A stretch of DNA of 64,000 bases from an uncultured Parachlamydiaceae bacterium (GCA_963742415.1 CAVULX010000004.1:256001-320000), one strand, 5' to 3'. Counted from the stretch's first letter, positions 1 through 10,095 are shown. Translations and numbers: made by a program. Notes: a model not told the origin generated them from the sequence alone.

Positions 1-1452
1 GTCAATGGCTTTGATAGCTTCTTCATAGTTAATAGATTTTTTCGGATGGCTTTCAAGAGATAATTTGTACCCTTTTTTAATGTATGCTTTTAGGCTTGCT
101 CCCCATTCCGCTTCGGTTTGTTGTAAGTGGGCGGCTTCTTTTTGGATGAGATTCATTTCTCGTCGTTCTAGCTGTTCTACAGGATTAGTACTTATATTTT
201 GTTGTGAATTTCCCTCAATCTGAAGAGCTCTTTCATCCAGCGTGCCGTTCTTAGCCTGGAAATATACGGGGAGCTGTTCGACAGGAGCAGCATTTTCGAT
301 AAGCATTGTTAAGGTCGAGTCATCTAGCCTTTTTAAAAATTTCATAAGATCGAGTCTTTTTTCACCCGCAATAGGGCTCTTATGTTTTCCATCAATTAAT
401 TTTGGCTCGGTTAGTTTATCAAAGGCTTTTTGTTCTAATTGTGTTCTTTGTATCCTGATGTTTTCAAGTTTAGCATTTACTGCTCCATTTATAGCGCCAA
501 AACCTGCACCCATTAACATAGCTGGTCCAAGATTTGACTCAAGGTCTCTCCCATCCATTTTATTTCTCGACATGCAAGTTGCTGCGGCTTGCACTCCACC
601 CGCAAAAGCGCCCCGAGAAATACCAGCTTGGATGGTTTTTTCCGCGATCTTTCCTAGAGCAGGTGTAGAGAGAATTTTGCTCGCACTGAAGCCCACCCCT
701 GCTCCTAACGCACCCGATGCCGCTCCCTTCAATATATCCTTACCAGTAAGTTCATCCCCTGATACAATTTTCTCTGCCACTTCAGTAGCTACTCCCGCTC
801 CAGCTTGAGCTGCTACACCTAACAGAGGTACAGCTGCTGCTCCCAATGCTGATGCTGCAACAAAAGGAGCAGCAATAGCACCTCCGGCCATTACGACTCC
901 ACCTGCAGCCCCGCCGACTGCTCCAATACAGACTTTTTCAGCACAATCTTCGTAGCTGAAGTTCGTTTCCGTTGTGTTTATTCCATAAATGACAGCTTTT
1001 ACGCCTGCTCCAGCGGCTGTGCATCCTGCAAAACCAATTGCAATGATACCGGTTGCAGGAGCCCAAAGCGGAGCAGTAACTGCAGCTGTCAGGCCCGCAG
1101 CGGCAACAACACCCCCGAATAAAATAGCGGTAACTTTCTTCCGATATCCAGATGGTTTTTTAAAAAGAATTTGTATTTTATTATCAATCTGAGCGATTTG
1201 AACTTCGAATTTATCTTTTTCAAGTTGTTTAATTATTTTTTTTGAACAATTTAAGTCATTATTATTCTCGTCGAGCAAAATGAATAATTCAGAATTGTGG
1301 AGTGAGTCATGTCTATAATGAAGCTCTTTAAATTTTTCATTTATTAAATCTATTTTTTTTAATTCCTTTTTTTCAAAATCGATATATAGTTTCCATTCAT
1401 CGTTTCCGTTGAATGTATAAGTCTTTTCAATTTCTTTTGTATGATTAACCAT
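1..1452 (-). CDS. Hypothetical protein with long Gly/Ala-rich hydrophobic region; runs off the left edge (partial, at least 484 aa); not in ORF track
   Basis: Hand translation is open from ATG 1452 (MVNHTKEIEK...) to base 1. GGAG lies upstream. Contains segments such as ILFGGVVAAAGLTAAVTAPLWAPATGIIAIGFAG and GAVGGAAGGVVMAGGAIAAP. Confidence 0.85.
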   Translation of the reverse strand, partial: MVNHTKEIEKTYTFNGNDEWKLYIDFEKKELKKIDLINEKFKELHYRHDSLHNSELFILLDENNNDLNCSKKIIKQLEKDKFEVQIAQIDNKIQILFKKPSGYRKKVTAILFGGVVAAAGLTAAVTAPLWAPATGIIAIGFAGCTAAGAGVKAVIYGINTTETNFSYEDCAEKVCIGAVGGAAGGVVMAGGAIAAPFVAASALGAAAVPLLGVAAQAGAGVATEVAEKIVSGDELTGKDILKGAASGALGAGVGFSASKILSTPALGKIAEKTIQAGISRGAFAGGVQAAATCMSRNKMDGRDLESNLGPAMLMGAGFGAINGAVNAKLENIRIQRTQLEQKAFDKLTEPKLIDGKHKSPIAGEKRLDLMKFLKRLDDSTLTMLIENAAPVEQLPVYFQAKNGTLDERALQIEGNSQQNISTNPVEQLERREMNLIQKEAAHLQQTEAEWGASLKAYIKKGYKLSLESHPKKSINYEEAIKAID

Positions 1453-1484
1453 AATTTTTCACTCCAATATTTTTCATTCACAAG

Positions 1485-1513
1485 AAGATAGTTAAAGCTA
1501 AAACAAATGTCAA
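1485..1513 (-). promoter_or_regulatory. Sigma70/sigma66-type promoter for the 1..1452 gene
   Basis: Minus strand reads TTGACA-N17-TATCTT about 30 nt upstream of the ATG. Confidence 0.6.
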
Positions 1514-1585
1514 TGGATAAAACTTTTAATATTTAATGTAAGTTGAAAATTACTGAGTATAATCAAGTTTAAAAAACCTCAGTGT

Positions 1586-1635
1586 TCTCTGTGATCTCTG
1601 TGGTTATTAAAATTCAACCACAGAGATCACAGAGA
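1586..1635. repeat. REP-like hairpin with 20-bp perfect arms built from 9-bp CACAGAGnn units
   Basis: tctctgtgatctctgtggtt / 10-nt loop / aaccacagagatcacagaga. Confidence 0.85.
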
Positions 1636-1768
1636 GACAATAAATTTAATTATTTGCAACTTACGTTATTTAGAGCAAAATAGAATTTTCTCTTCTTATA
1701 GCCAGAGAGATCATTAAGGGGGATGAGATAGGGAGAATTATGCTGCTATCCTCACCGATCTCACTGGC

Positions 1769-3194
1769 TCATAAATCAGCGATATCGATGATACGGTAAA
1801 AATAGCGACTGCTTAATAGAGCATCGGAGACTGGACCTAAATGAAATAGAACAGGCGAAATCCCAAAGCCTTTTGGAAGAGCAAGAGAAGCTATTTTGGT
1901 TTTCATTGCATCGATCACTTCAAGGCCCAATTCACGACGGCGCATTTTGACTTCACAGACAAAAAGGGTGTTGGAATGCATTTGAATCAGATAATCGATT
2001 TGGCATCCTTTTTTGCGACCTGAGGCTTTTTGAAAATAGGGATTATCAATAACGATATCCTGAGCGTGAATTCCAAGTGCCTGGTAAAGAAGAGATCTAT
2101 TTTTCAGCAGAAGATTTTCAAGTTGAAAGCCAAGCATAGGTTCCCATCCAGGCAAACTGGAAAGCGGGACTTCTAAAAACGATCCTTGTTCAATTTTTGT
2201 AAGATTGGGTTCGATATAATGGATATAGAAGCGAAGATAATTATCGGAAAGCCGATACAGAGTCAATTTTCCTGGCTTACCTGTTTTTAAAGACCAGTCA
2301 GGATGTTTGCTGACAAATCCACAGATTTCAAGAGCTTTAAGATGATGGCTCAATGTGCCGCTTGGCGAATAAGCCATTGTCTTTTGCAGAGTAGCTCGAT
2401 CTTTCATGCCTTGACTTAAGTATTGTAATGATCTTCTTATAGATCTCTCCTCTTGAGCTGAAAAGATCATTAAAAATCCGATCAAATTCATGAACCAAAA
2501 GACCATTTTTTTCAAAACAGAGGCGTTTAATATTTTCATCAGCACTTTGATGAGTCTGAATCTGCTCAAGATACCAAGGCACTCCACCAGTCACACTCAA
2601 AATCTTAAAAAAGTCGAGATCTGATCCTTTGAAACCTTGAAGATTCAGTAATTCTCTGCATTGTGGAATCGATAGTTCTGTAAGTTCCAGATAGAGAGAA
2701 ACTCGACCAAAAAAAGCTGTGCTATTGATGATATTTTTATCGATCCAAGTCGAAATAGAGCCGCATAAAATAAGGATAATAGATGGATGGTTTTGCAAGA
2801 CAAGATCCCACCAAACTTTTAACTTAGAGATAAATGTCGGATCTTTTGAACCCATCCACGAAATCTCATCAAAGAGAATGACAGTGGGTTTTGCTGTGAG
2901 ATGTCTTGATAGATGCGCAAAAGCATCACTCCAATCTGTGAAAGTAAAAGGAGGAAGATGAAATAAAGTCGCAAGTTCGCGAGCAAAGGCATCACGCTGA
3001 TCCTGCGCCGTTACCCCTTTAACTGGAGCCAGCCCACTAAAAGGCAAGAAAATCTTATCTTTTCCGAATTCTTCGGCAAGACGACTTTTCCCTATCCGAC
3101 GACGCCCTTTAATGACAACAAGACAGGCTCGACCTGATTTTGATAGGTCTTCCAGTCTCCGTAACTCGTTATCTCTTCCGACAAATGGTTTCAT
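1769..3194 (-). pseudogene. AAA+ ATPase (archaeal-ATPase type) with winged-HTH and C-terminal PD-(D/E)xK-like domain, split by a frameshift near 2415-2420
   Basis: FVGRDNEL, Walker A GRRRIGKS, Walker B ILFDEISW and TGGVPWYL in ORF 2337..3194. QIDYLI...CEVK in ORF 1769..2587. Removing one base joins YKKIITIL to SQGMKDRA. Confidence 0.8.
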
Positions 3195-3234
3195 ATAATC
3201 TATATTAAATGAGCATGATGTTTATGTCAATTCA

Positions 3235-3272
3235 TTATGCTCAAAATCGACATTTGTCAATTTCGAGCATAA
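3235..3272. promoter_or_regulatory. Imperfect palindrome (18-bp arms, 2 mismatches) upstream of the ATPase; possible operator
   Basis: ttatgctcaaaatcgaca-tt-tgtcaatttcgagcataa. Confidence 0.5.
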
Positions 3273-3290
3273 GTGATCGGATAATATTCT

Positions 3291-4799
3291 TTAGGTTTCT
3301 TCGAGGATAGCTTGCGAGGCCAAGGCTGGCTGGTTGGATCGAGAAATCCACGAGAGGCCTGACGCCAAAAGCAATGCGACGCCAAACCAACTCCACCGAA
3401 TCACCATCGGAAGCGACCCGGCTTCGGCAATTTCATTTTGCAGGACGCCGCCCAAAATAACGATAAGCACAGCAAGCATCCATAGACCTATCATCTTGAC
3501 TTTGGCTTCGCTATTCCAACCCAGTTGCAGGGTCATCTCCTGCCTTATAGTCAAATTGCACAAAACAAAATAAACAATCGTCAAAATAGCCACGATAAGC
3601 ATGTTAATGCCTAGCACCATGGGGGCGATGGCCCCTAATAGATGCTGCCCATTCCCCATGCAAAAAAGTAAGGCCAGCATTGTCGAAATGCCCAAAGCGA
3701 TCATGATGGAAGCATTGCGTGAAATGCGAAATTCCTCTTCAATATTTCCAGAAATGCTTTCGATAATTGAAAAAACGCCGGTAAGCCCTTTAAAAATCAA
3801 GCACCCGAAAAAAAGCGCTCCAATGATAGATTTTAAACTTCCAAAGGTATGCAACACTTTAGGGAAGATGACAAATCCCATCTCAAAAGTGGAATCTGAT
3901 TTAACGATTTGATCAAAAGGAGTTTCCGTTGTGTAACTCATATAACCAATACAGGCAAAAATGACGAGTCCAGAAATAAAGGCAATAAACAAATCCCCAA
4001 TAGCCACCCAAAACATCGCCTGGCGCATGTTGATAGTCTGGTTACTGTATCTGGCATATCCTGTAATGATCCCTAATCCCAATGACAAGCTAAAGAAAAG
4101 TTGGCCAAAAACATCCCTCCACAAGCTAAAATTCAGCAGATGGGAAAAGTCAGGAGTCAAAAACCGGCGCACCCCTTCCATAGCTCCAGGCAAAAATAGG
4201 GTAATGATCACAAAGATGCAAATGAGGGAAATCAAGATAGGCATAAAAATGGAACAGACCCTTTCGATCCCTTTTTGAATGCCGCGGGTCATAAAAAACA
4301 GGGTTGCAGCAGCAATCAATAAGGTGGATCCTGCTATAGGCAAAGAAAGAGATCCCCAGGTTGTAAGGGAGCCGCTATCGTGTAAAAAACTAGATTTAAA
4401 AAAAAGGGCGGTATCTGCAGGAATGAGATCGGCGATCGAAAAATAGGTGTAAGCCACAGAAAATCCTGTCAAAACCATATAAAAGGCTCCAATGGTCATG
4501 CATCCTAAGGCAGAAAGCCATCCAATCACCTTGGCCGGGGAGCCCCACTCTTTGCCAAATGCGCTTACAAAAGGAAGCTTCAGTTTTTGCCCAATAATGG
4601 ATTCGAGCATCAACATCGGAATCCCTAAAAGGGTGTAAGCAATCACTAAGGGAATTAGAAAAGCGCCTCCGCCGTTTTTATAACAATGGGCGCTAAAGCA
4701 GAGTAAGTTAGCGAAACCCACAGCAGAACCAAGCAATGCCCACATGTAGCCGCGATTGCTGTGCCAATATCTTGAGGACCCTTCCTCGACCGTCGACAT
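3291..4799 (-). CDS. Sodium-dependent transporter, SNF/NSS family
   Basis: GSAVGFAN, NGGGAFLIP, GQLFFSLSLGLG motifs; about 12 hydrophobic segments. Confidence 0.92.
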   Translation of the reverse strand: MSTVEEGSSRYWHSNRGYMWALLGSAVGFANLLCFSAHCYKNGGGAFLIPLVIAYTLLGIPMLMLESIIGQKLKLPFVSAFGKEWGSPAKVIGWLSALGCMTIGAFYMVLTGFSVAYTYFSIADLIPADTALFFKSSFLHDSGSLTTWGSLSLPIAGSTLLIAAATLFFMTRGIQKGIERVCSIFMPILISLICIFVIITLFLPGAMEGVRRFLTPDFSHLLNFSLWRDVFGQLFFSLSLGLGIITGYARYSNQTINMRQAMFWVAIGDLFIAFISGLVIFACIGYMSYTTETPFDQIVKSDSTFEMGFVIFPKVLHTFGSLKSIIGALFFGCLIFKGLTGVFSIIESISGNIEEEFRISRNASIMIALGISTMLALLFCMGNGQHLLGAIAPMVLGINMLIVAILTIVYFVLCNLTIRQEMTLQLGWNSEAKVKMIGLWMLAVLIVILGGVLQNEIAEAGSLPMVIRWSWFGVALLLASGLSWISRSNQPALASQAILEET

Positions 4800-4865
4800 A
4801 AAAAAACTCCATTTAATACTTGTTTTTAGTTTGATTTAGAAAAATAGAAGTGAGAACGACGGGTA

Positions 4866-4988
4866 TTAACTGCGCGCTGGGCGCAGAAGGAAAAGGGAAA
4901 GGGACAAAACGGAAAAGCCTAAAGAAGTCAAAGAGGCAGCCTCTTTAAAAGCATTTCGAGTTATACTGTTTAACGATATTTTATTCAT
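4866..4988 (-). CDS. Candidate 40-aa leader peptide upstream of the SNF transporter
   Basis: MNKISLNSITRNAFKEAASLTSLGFSVLSLSLFLLRPARS*; the ATG sits just downstream of a predicted -10 box. Confidence 0.4.
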   Translation of the reverse strand: MNKISLNSITRNAFKEAASLTSLGFSVLSLSLFLLRPARS

Positions 4989-4995
4989 AAAACCA

Positions 4996-5024
4996 ACTAT
5001 AATCTATTATTTCAATAAATGCAA
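4996..5024 (-). promoter_or_regulatory. Sigma70-type promoter for the leader ORF and SNF transporter
   Basis: Minus strand TTGCAT-N17-TATAGT. Confidence 0.5.
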
Positions 5025-5169
5025 GCAGTTTTCTGATGGATAGGCCAATAGGTAAGATACGGATTATTAAATAAATTTATCAACTTATAAAAGCAAAAAT
5101 AAAATATATTTAAAAAAATAAAACAAATTGTTAAAATAATGTTCTTTAAAAATTAATACAGAGTAAAAC

Positions 5170-5835
5170 ATGGAACCCTATGGCACTGTGCGAGTTGTTT
5201 GGAGACCCATAGAGGGAGAGGGACAGAGAATCGGAACGGAACATACAGCCCATCTACACCATGAAAATCTAGAAGGCATTCTTAAGACAAAAGATATCGT
5301 CGAACTTCATAACCTATATGCTAAATGCAATCAGGTCTGTTCCCCTTTATTTGCGATTTTTGTCACAGTAAGGGTCGATAAAAAGACAAACTTTTTAAAA
5401 GATTTCTTTCTTCCTCTGACTGCCAATTATGCAACCAAAGTAAAAAATACGGTTTTGCGCTATTTTGCTTATTTAGGATATTTCATTGTTGACGTGATAA
5501 CTTTAATATTTAGAGTGATTACAATCATACCCCGCTTGGCAAAAGTCGATACCTTCGAACATATTCAAGACAAGAAAAAAGGACATGTCATGTTTGAAAG
5601 GCGTGATGGTAATGAGTTTAATGTTCAAAAAAATGGGATTATATTAATAAGTAACGTACTAGAAAAAGAAGAAGAAGAAAATGAAAAGCCTCCAAATCTG
5701 AAACAAGAATTCGGCGATCAAGCTCGACGTATTTTTATCCGTAATGGAACTTGGTACTCCCTGTCTTGGAACCATGCATGTGATATTCCCTCAGAAGGTA
5801 TTTTTGTAGAGTATTCCGGTGACAATTTCTATTAG
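5170..5835 (+). CDS. Hypothetical protein with central hydrophobic segment
   Basis: 221-aa ORF after AT-rich intergenic DNA; no family recognised. Confidence 0.65.
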   Translation: MEPYGTVRVVWRPIEGEGQRIGTEHTAHLHHENLEGILKTKDIVELHNLYAKCNQVCSPLFAIFVTVRVDKKTNFLKDFFLPLTANYATKVKNTVLRYFAYLGYFIVDVITLIFRVITIIPRLAKVDTFEHIQDKKKGHVMFERRDGNEFNVQKNGIILISNVLEKEEEENEKPPNLKQEFGDQARRIFIRNGTWYSLSWNHACDIPSEGIFVEYSGDNFY

Positions 5836-6146
5836 GGCTTTGTTGCACGATTCATGCTTTCCTCCTCCTCAATGTTCTCTCTTAATCCAAGGCAAATATT
5901 AAATATAAAATTTGTATATTAGCCGTATATTGCTGAAATTAATCCTGCTTATCTTGCCGCTTGCGATCCTGCACATCCTGTTACTCTTCCCTATTCCTAA
6001 TACTTGCTACTATCCTGTTATCCGGCTGTTGCCAGCTTCCATCCCATCGCAAAGTCGCAAAGATCTAAAACTTCTGCTTTTCTCTTTAAGGAAAGATATG
6101 GCATAATGTATCTTTCATTATTTCGCATTTTACTAGGTTTTTTTTC

Positions 6147-8111
6147 ATGATCGTTAACATCTTTTACATCGGCTTGGCCGTACTTGGTTTGAGCTTATTG
6201 ATCTTTGTCCACGAGTTAGGTCATTACTGGATGGCGCGCCGTGTAGGAATGTCTGTAGAAGTTTTTTCCATCGGCTTCGGGCGCCCTTTAATCTCCTGGA
6301 TTCGAAAAGGAGTCCGATGGCAAGTCGGATGGCTCCCCTTTGGAGGATATGTCAAAATTAAAGGGCAGGAATTAGAAAAAGGGACAGATCCTTATGAGAT
6401 TTCAGATGGCTTTTTTGGCAAGTCTCCCTTGGACAGAATCAAAGTCGCTTTCATGGGCCCTTTTGTTAATATTGTTTTTGCGCTTGTGGTTTTTTGCGGC
6501 TTATGGATGTTAGGCGGACGGGAAAAGAATTTTTCAGATTTTACCCATAAGATTGGTTGGGTGGATCCCCATTCCGAGCTATATACCTCTGGAATTAGAC
6601 CAGGAGATGAAATCAGTGAATACGATCAACGTCCATTTCTCGGGGCGAAGGATAATCTCTATGCTCCTTTGATCGGCGGGGAAGAATTGGAAGTTAAAGG
6701 TTATCGGGTCAATTATCAAACAGGGGACAAGCAGCCCTTCCAACTGAAAGTTAAATCCTATCCCCACCCCTCTGCCCTTGACAAAGGGGTCAAAACCGCA
6801 GGAATTCTCAATAATGCAAATTATATTATCTATAACAAGCTGCCGAATGGTGCTGATAACCCTTTGCCTGAAGGATCCCCTTTGCAAGGGAGCGGCATTG
6901 AATATGGGGACCGGATTGTTTGGGTAGATGGCGAGAATGTTTATTCAGCTGCCGAACTTAGCCATATTTTGAACGATAATCGCGTCTTGTTGACAGTGGA
7001 AAGGGAAGGGAAGACCTTTTTGAGAAGGGTTCCACGGGTTTATGTTCAAGAGCTTAGGCTGGATTCCCATTTTAAAGAGGAGCTCACAGACTGGCAATTT
7101 GAAGCTCAACTTAACAACACCAAGTTTCAAAAGCTATATGCAATTCCGTACAACCTGAGTAACGAATGTGTCGTTGAGAACGAAGCTAAATTTATTGACA
7201 AAGAGAATCAAGAAGAAGCCTTTCCAAGCCACCCTTTTTCTGACTTGGAATTGCCGCTGCAGCCCGGCGATAAAATTATAGCGGTGGATGGCTTTCCTGT
7301 TTTCCGCTCCTATGAACTGTTAAGTCAAATTCAAACCCATCATGTCAATATCATCGTCAAAAGAAATGCCCAAAAGATTGCAATAGTTCCATATGGAGAG
7401 GCCGACGAAGATTTTGACAAAGATGTAGATTGGAAAGATCTTCAAAAGATAGCCTCGAGCATTGGAACTGCCCACCCTTTGACCCATACTGAAGATTTGG
7501 CATTGCTCAAGCCTGTGATACCAAAAATGAGGACAGAATTTACATTATCACCCGAAAAGCAGGCATGGCTGACGACTGAATTGCTGGAGCAGAAGAAAGA
7601 GATCGAAGCGATCGAAGATCCCGAACGGCGGGCGCAAGCTTTGCATCAGCTGGATCTGCGGGAAAAACAGTTGCTGCTTGGGTTTCCCATGGTGCAAGAT
7701 CGAAAAGTGACATACAATCCGGGACCCATTGAACTTTTTGCCAACGTCTTTCAAGAGATCTGGCGCACCTTAACAGCCCTTTTATCTGGAACAATGAATC
7801 CGAAATGGCTTAGCGGGCCTGTTGGAATAGTCCAGGTGATGACCGATAACTCCATGATCAGCTTAAAGGAATCTTTTTTCTGGTTAGGGGCTATCAGCCT
7901 TAACTTAGGAATCCTCAATTTATTACCAATTCCGGTATTAGATGGTGGAACGATCGTAATGACTTTTGTCGAAATGATCACGCGGCGAAAGATAAACCCG
8001 AAGACCATGGAAAAGATCGTGATCCCATTCGCAATATTATTGGTTGTATTTTTTGTCTTTTTGACATATCAAGATCTGACACGTATTTTTGGCCATTTTT
8101 GGCGGTGGTAA
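6147..8111 (+). CDS. rseP: RIP metalloprotease RseP (M50, PDZ domains)
   Basis: HELGH zinc motif, FSIGFG, PFGGYVKI, NLLPIPVLDGG. Confidence 0.95.
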   Translation: MIVNIFYIGLAVLGLSLLIFVHELGHYWMARRVGMSVEVFSIGFGRPLISWIRKGVRWQVGWLPFGGYVKIKGQELEKGTDPYEISDGFFGKSPLDRIKVAFMGPFVNIVFALVVFCGLWMLGGREKNFSDFTHKIGWVDPHSELYTSGIRPGDEISEYDQRPFLGAKDNLYAPLIGGEELEVKGYRVNYQTGDKQPFQLKVKSYPHPSALDKGVKTAGILNNANYIIYNKLPNGADNPLPEGSPLQGSGIEYGDRIVWVDGENVYSAAELSHILNDNRVLLTVEREGKTFLRRVPRVYVQELRLDSHFKEELTDWQFEAQLNNTKFQKLYAIPYNLSNECVVENEAKFIDKENQEEAFPSHPFSDLELPLQPGDKIIAVDGFPVFRSYELLSQIQTHHVNIIVKRNAQKIAIVPYGEADEDFDKDVDWKDLQKIASSIGTAHPLTHTEDLALLKPVIPKMRTEFTLSPEKQAWLTTELLEQKKEIEAIEDPERRAQALHQLDLREKQLLLGFPMVQDRKVTYNPGPIELFANVFQEIWRTLTALLSGTMNPKWLSGPVGIVQVMTDNSMISLKESFFWLGAISLNLGILNLLPIPVLDGGTIVMTFVEMITRRKINPKTMEKIVIPFAILLVVFFVFLTYQDLTRIFGHFWRW

Positions 8112-8132
8112 CAAGAATGGAGGGGCAGGGGA

Positions 8133-8828
8133 ATGTATAAAGTGTTTATCGGCACTGAGGAGGCCCAATGGCTTCCAACAGAAGTGCTCAAACATAGCAT
8201 TCTTCGCCGATCCTCCTCGTCCTATGAATTTGTAGAATTAAAGAATATCCCCATTAGCTTAAATATTAAAATGTATACGGGGTTTTCTTTTTACCGTTTT
8301 TCTATTCCCGAAACCTGCCAATTCCAGGGAAGGGCGCTTTATTTAGATGCAGACATCGTCGTCCTGTGCGATCTTAAAGAGTTGTTTGAAATTGAGATAG
8401 ATGGTTATGGCGTCTTATCAAGACCTTATCCTAAGATTAATGGATATTTTACCAGTGTCATGATCATGGATTGTGCCAAGCTCACCAACTGGAAAATTCA
8501 TCAATGGGTCACTCTTATCAATGCAAAAATTGCAGGCTATCGTGATACCATGGCTGCAAACCCGCTAGGGTTGTGCCATAAAGAATTTGGGCCATTGGAC
8601 ACGATTTGGAACGACTTTGATCAATGTTCTGAAAAAACAAAAATACTCCACTATACCTATGTTCCCACACAGCCTTGGAAAAAAGCTGGCCACCCTTATG
8701 CCTATATATTCTTAAAAGAGATGAAGTCGGCGTTAGATGCTTCCGTCTTCTCGGCGGACGAGGTCAAAAAGGAAATTGATGAAGGGCACATCTATCCAGA
8801 GATTCTTGCGGATGCTATGAATTCTTAG
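8133..8828 (+). CDS. Glycosyltransferase, GT-A fold (GT8-like)
   Basis: FSFYRF, ALYLDAD (DxD), ILHYT...QPW. Confidence 0.8.
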   Translation: MYKVFIGTEEAQWLPTEVLKHSILRRSSSSYEFVELKNIPISLNIKMYTGFSFYRFSIPETCQFQGRALYLDADIVVLCDLKELFEIEIDGYGVLSRPYPKINGYFTSVMIMDCAKLTNWKIHQWVTLINAKIAGYRDTMAANPLGLCHKEFGPLDTIWNDFDQCSEKTKILHYTYVPTQPWKKAGHPYAYIFLKEMKSALDASVFSADEVKKEIDEGHIYPEILADAMNS

Positions 8829-10095
8829 CACGTGTGCGGGCTAATCTTTGATGAGCCCTTGTGAAATGTTGCGCGCAAATGGCTCCGGTAATCGACAGTT
8901 CCCCTGCCAAAGCTGTGGCTGCGCAGACCTCTGCTAGAGCTTGGGCTTTGCCCGCCCCTGCGAGATTTAAGAGGCGCAGAGCAGCATTTTGAGAAGGAAG
9001 CCCTGTACCACCGCCGACAGTTCCCACCATCAAATTGGGTAAAGTCACTGAGATGTACAGATCTTTTTGAGGGGTTAGCTCAAACCGTGTGACACCTACC
9101 GCAGATTCAGCAACGCAAGCCACATCTTGACCGCAAGCCAAATAAAGGGCTGCAAGGCCGTTAGCATAATGCCCTTGGACTCCAATGGTCCCGCTTAAGA
9201 CCCCCCCTATAGCTGTCATATACCATAGTTTGACCATTTTTTCGGGGGTCGTATGAAGGTATTTTTTGACCAATTCAGCATTCAAATGGACTTCGGAAGT
9301 CACCTTTTTTCCACGCACAGATTGAAAGGACTGCGTGCTCGCTTTTTTATCCCCCGACATGTTGGCTTCGATAAAATAGTGTTGGGGAGCAACAGGGCAT
9401 TTTTCGATGATATAGTTTAAAGCAGCCTCTGTAGCAATCGTGACCATATTTTGTCCGGAAGCGTCACCGGTTATGTACTCAAAAATAATATAGACATGGT
9501 TTCCTTCGATGGTGACCTGGAAATCTTGTAGTTTGGCATACCGGCTTGTGGATTCAGCGGCGGCTTTGATCGTTTGGAGATTCCCTAAGCACCAGTTGAC
9601 GAACAAGCCGACTTCGGAGATGGTTCTGAAAGCAAAACCGGGGGCTCGTGTTATCCCTTCACACAGCAAAGTGGCTGTGCAGCCGCCGGCTTCACTGATG
9701 AGCATCGCTCCCCGATGGTAGGAGGCGACTAGAGCCGCTTCGGTGGTGGCGAGTGGAATATAGAAATCTCCTTGAGCATAGAGGCCGTTAATGCGAAGCG
9801 GGCCAGCCAAGCCGACGGGAATTTTAACCGTGCCGATAAAATTTTCGATGTTATGGTCATATTTTTCCATTAAAGAGGCTGTCTGTGGGTCGAGCAAATA
9901 GGATTTTTGTTCTGCAGGCAAATCAAAAAGGTCCCACCGTTTTTCGACTGAAGAGGGGGTGATCCGGGCGCCCCCTGGAACTCTCGGAGGAAGGGGTGAG
10001 TTTTTTGGAACGAGCCGCTGAAGAAGCTCTTCCTGGGAATGCTTTTCCAGCAATCTTTGCAAATGGTCCTTTCCGAAGCGATAGCCTTTAGTCAT
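8815..10095 (-). CDS. hmgA: HMG-CoA reductase-like protein, class I type
   Basis: ENFIG, PLATTEAALVAS, TGDASGQNM, NMSGDKK cis-loop, RGKKV, ACGQD, GTVGGGT and a C-terminal His (AHQRL). Confidence 0.9.
   Translation of the reverse strand: MTKGYRFGKDHLQRLLEKHSQEELLQRLVPKNSPLPPRVPGGARITPSSVEKRWDLFDLPAEQKSYLLDPQTASLMEKYDHNIENFIGTVKIPVGLAGPLRINGLYAQGDFYIPLATTEAALVASYHRGAMLISEAGGCTATLLCEGITRAPGFAFRTISEVGLFVNWCLGNLQTIKAAAESTSRYAKLQDFQVTIEGNHVYIIFEYITGDASGQNMVTIATEAALNYIIEKCPVAPQHYFIEANMSGDKKASTQSFQSVRGKKVTSEVHLNAELVKKYLHTTPEKMVKLWYMTAIGGVLSGTIGVQGHYANGLAALYLACGQDVACVAESAVGVTRFELTPQKDLYISVTLPNLMVGTVGGGTGLPSQNAALRLLNLAGAGKAQALAEVCAATALAGELSITGAICAQHFTRAHQRLARTRAKNS

Noticed and set aside
242..1192. 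Plus-strand ORFs 242..808 and 989..1192
   Set aside because: They are antisense shadows of the long minus-strand ORF 1..1452, which has an RBS and promoter.
8133..8828. Glycosyltransferase as part of the biosynthetic cluster
   Set aside because: It follows rseP on the same strand and converges on HMGR, so linkage cannot be supported from the sequence alone.
8815..10095. Mevalonate pathway operon
   Set aside because: Only the reductase is present; there is no synthase, kinase, decarboxylase or isomerase in the window.
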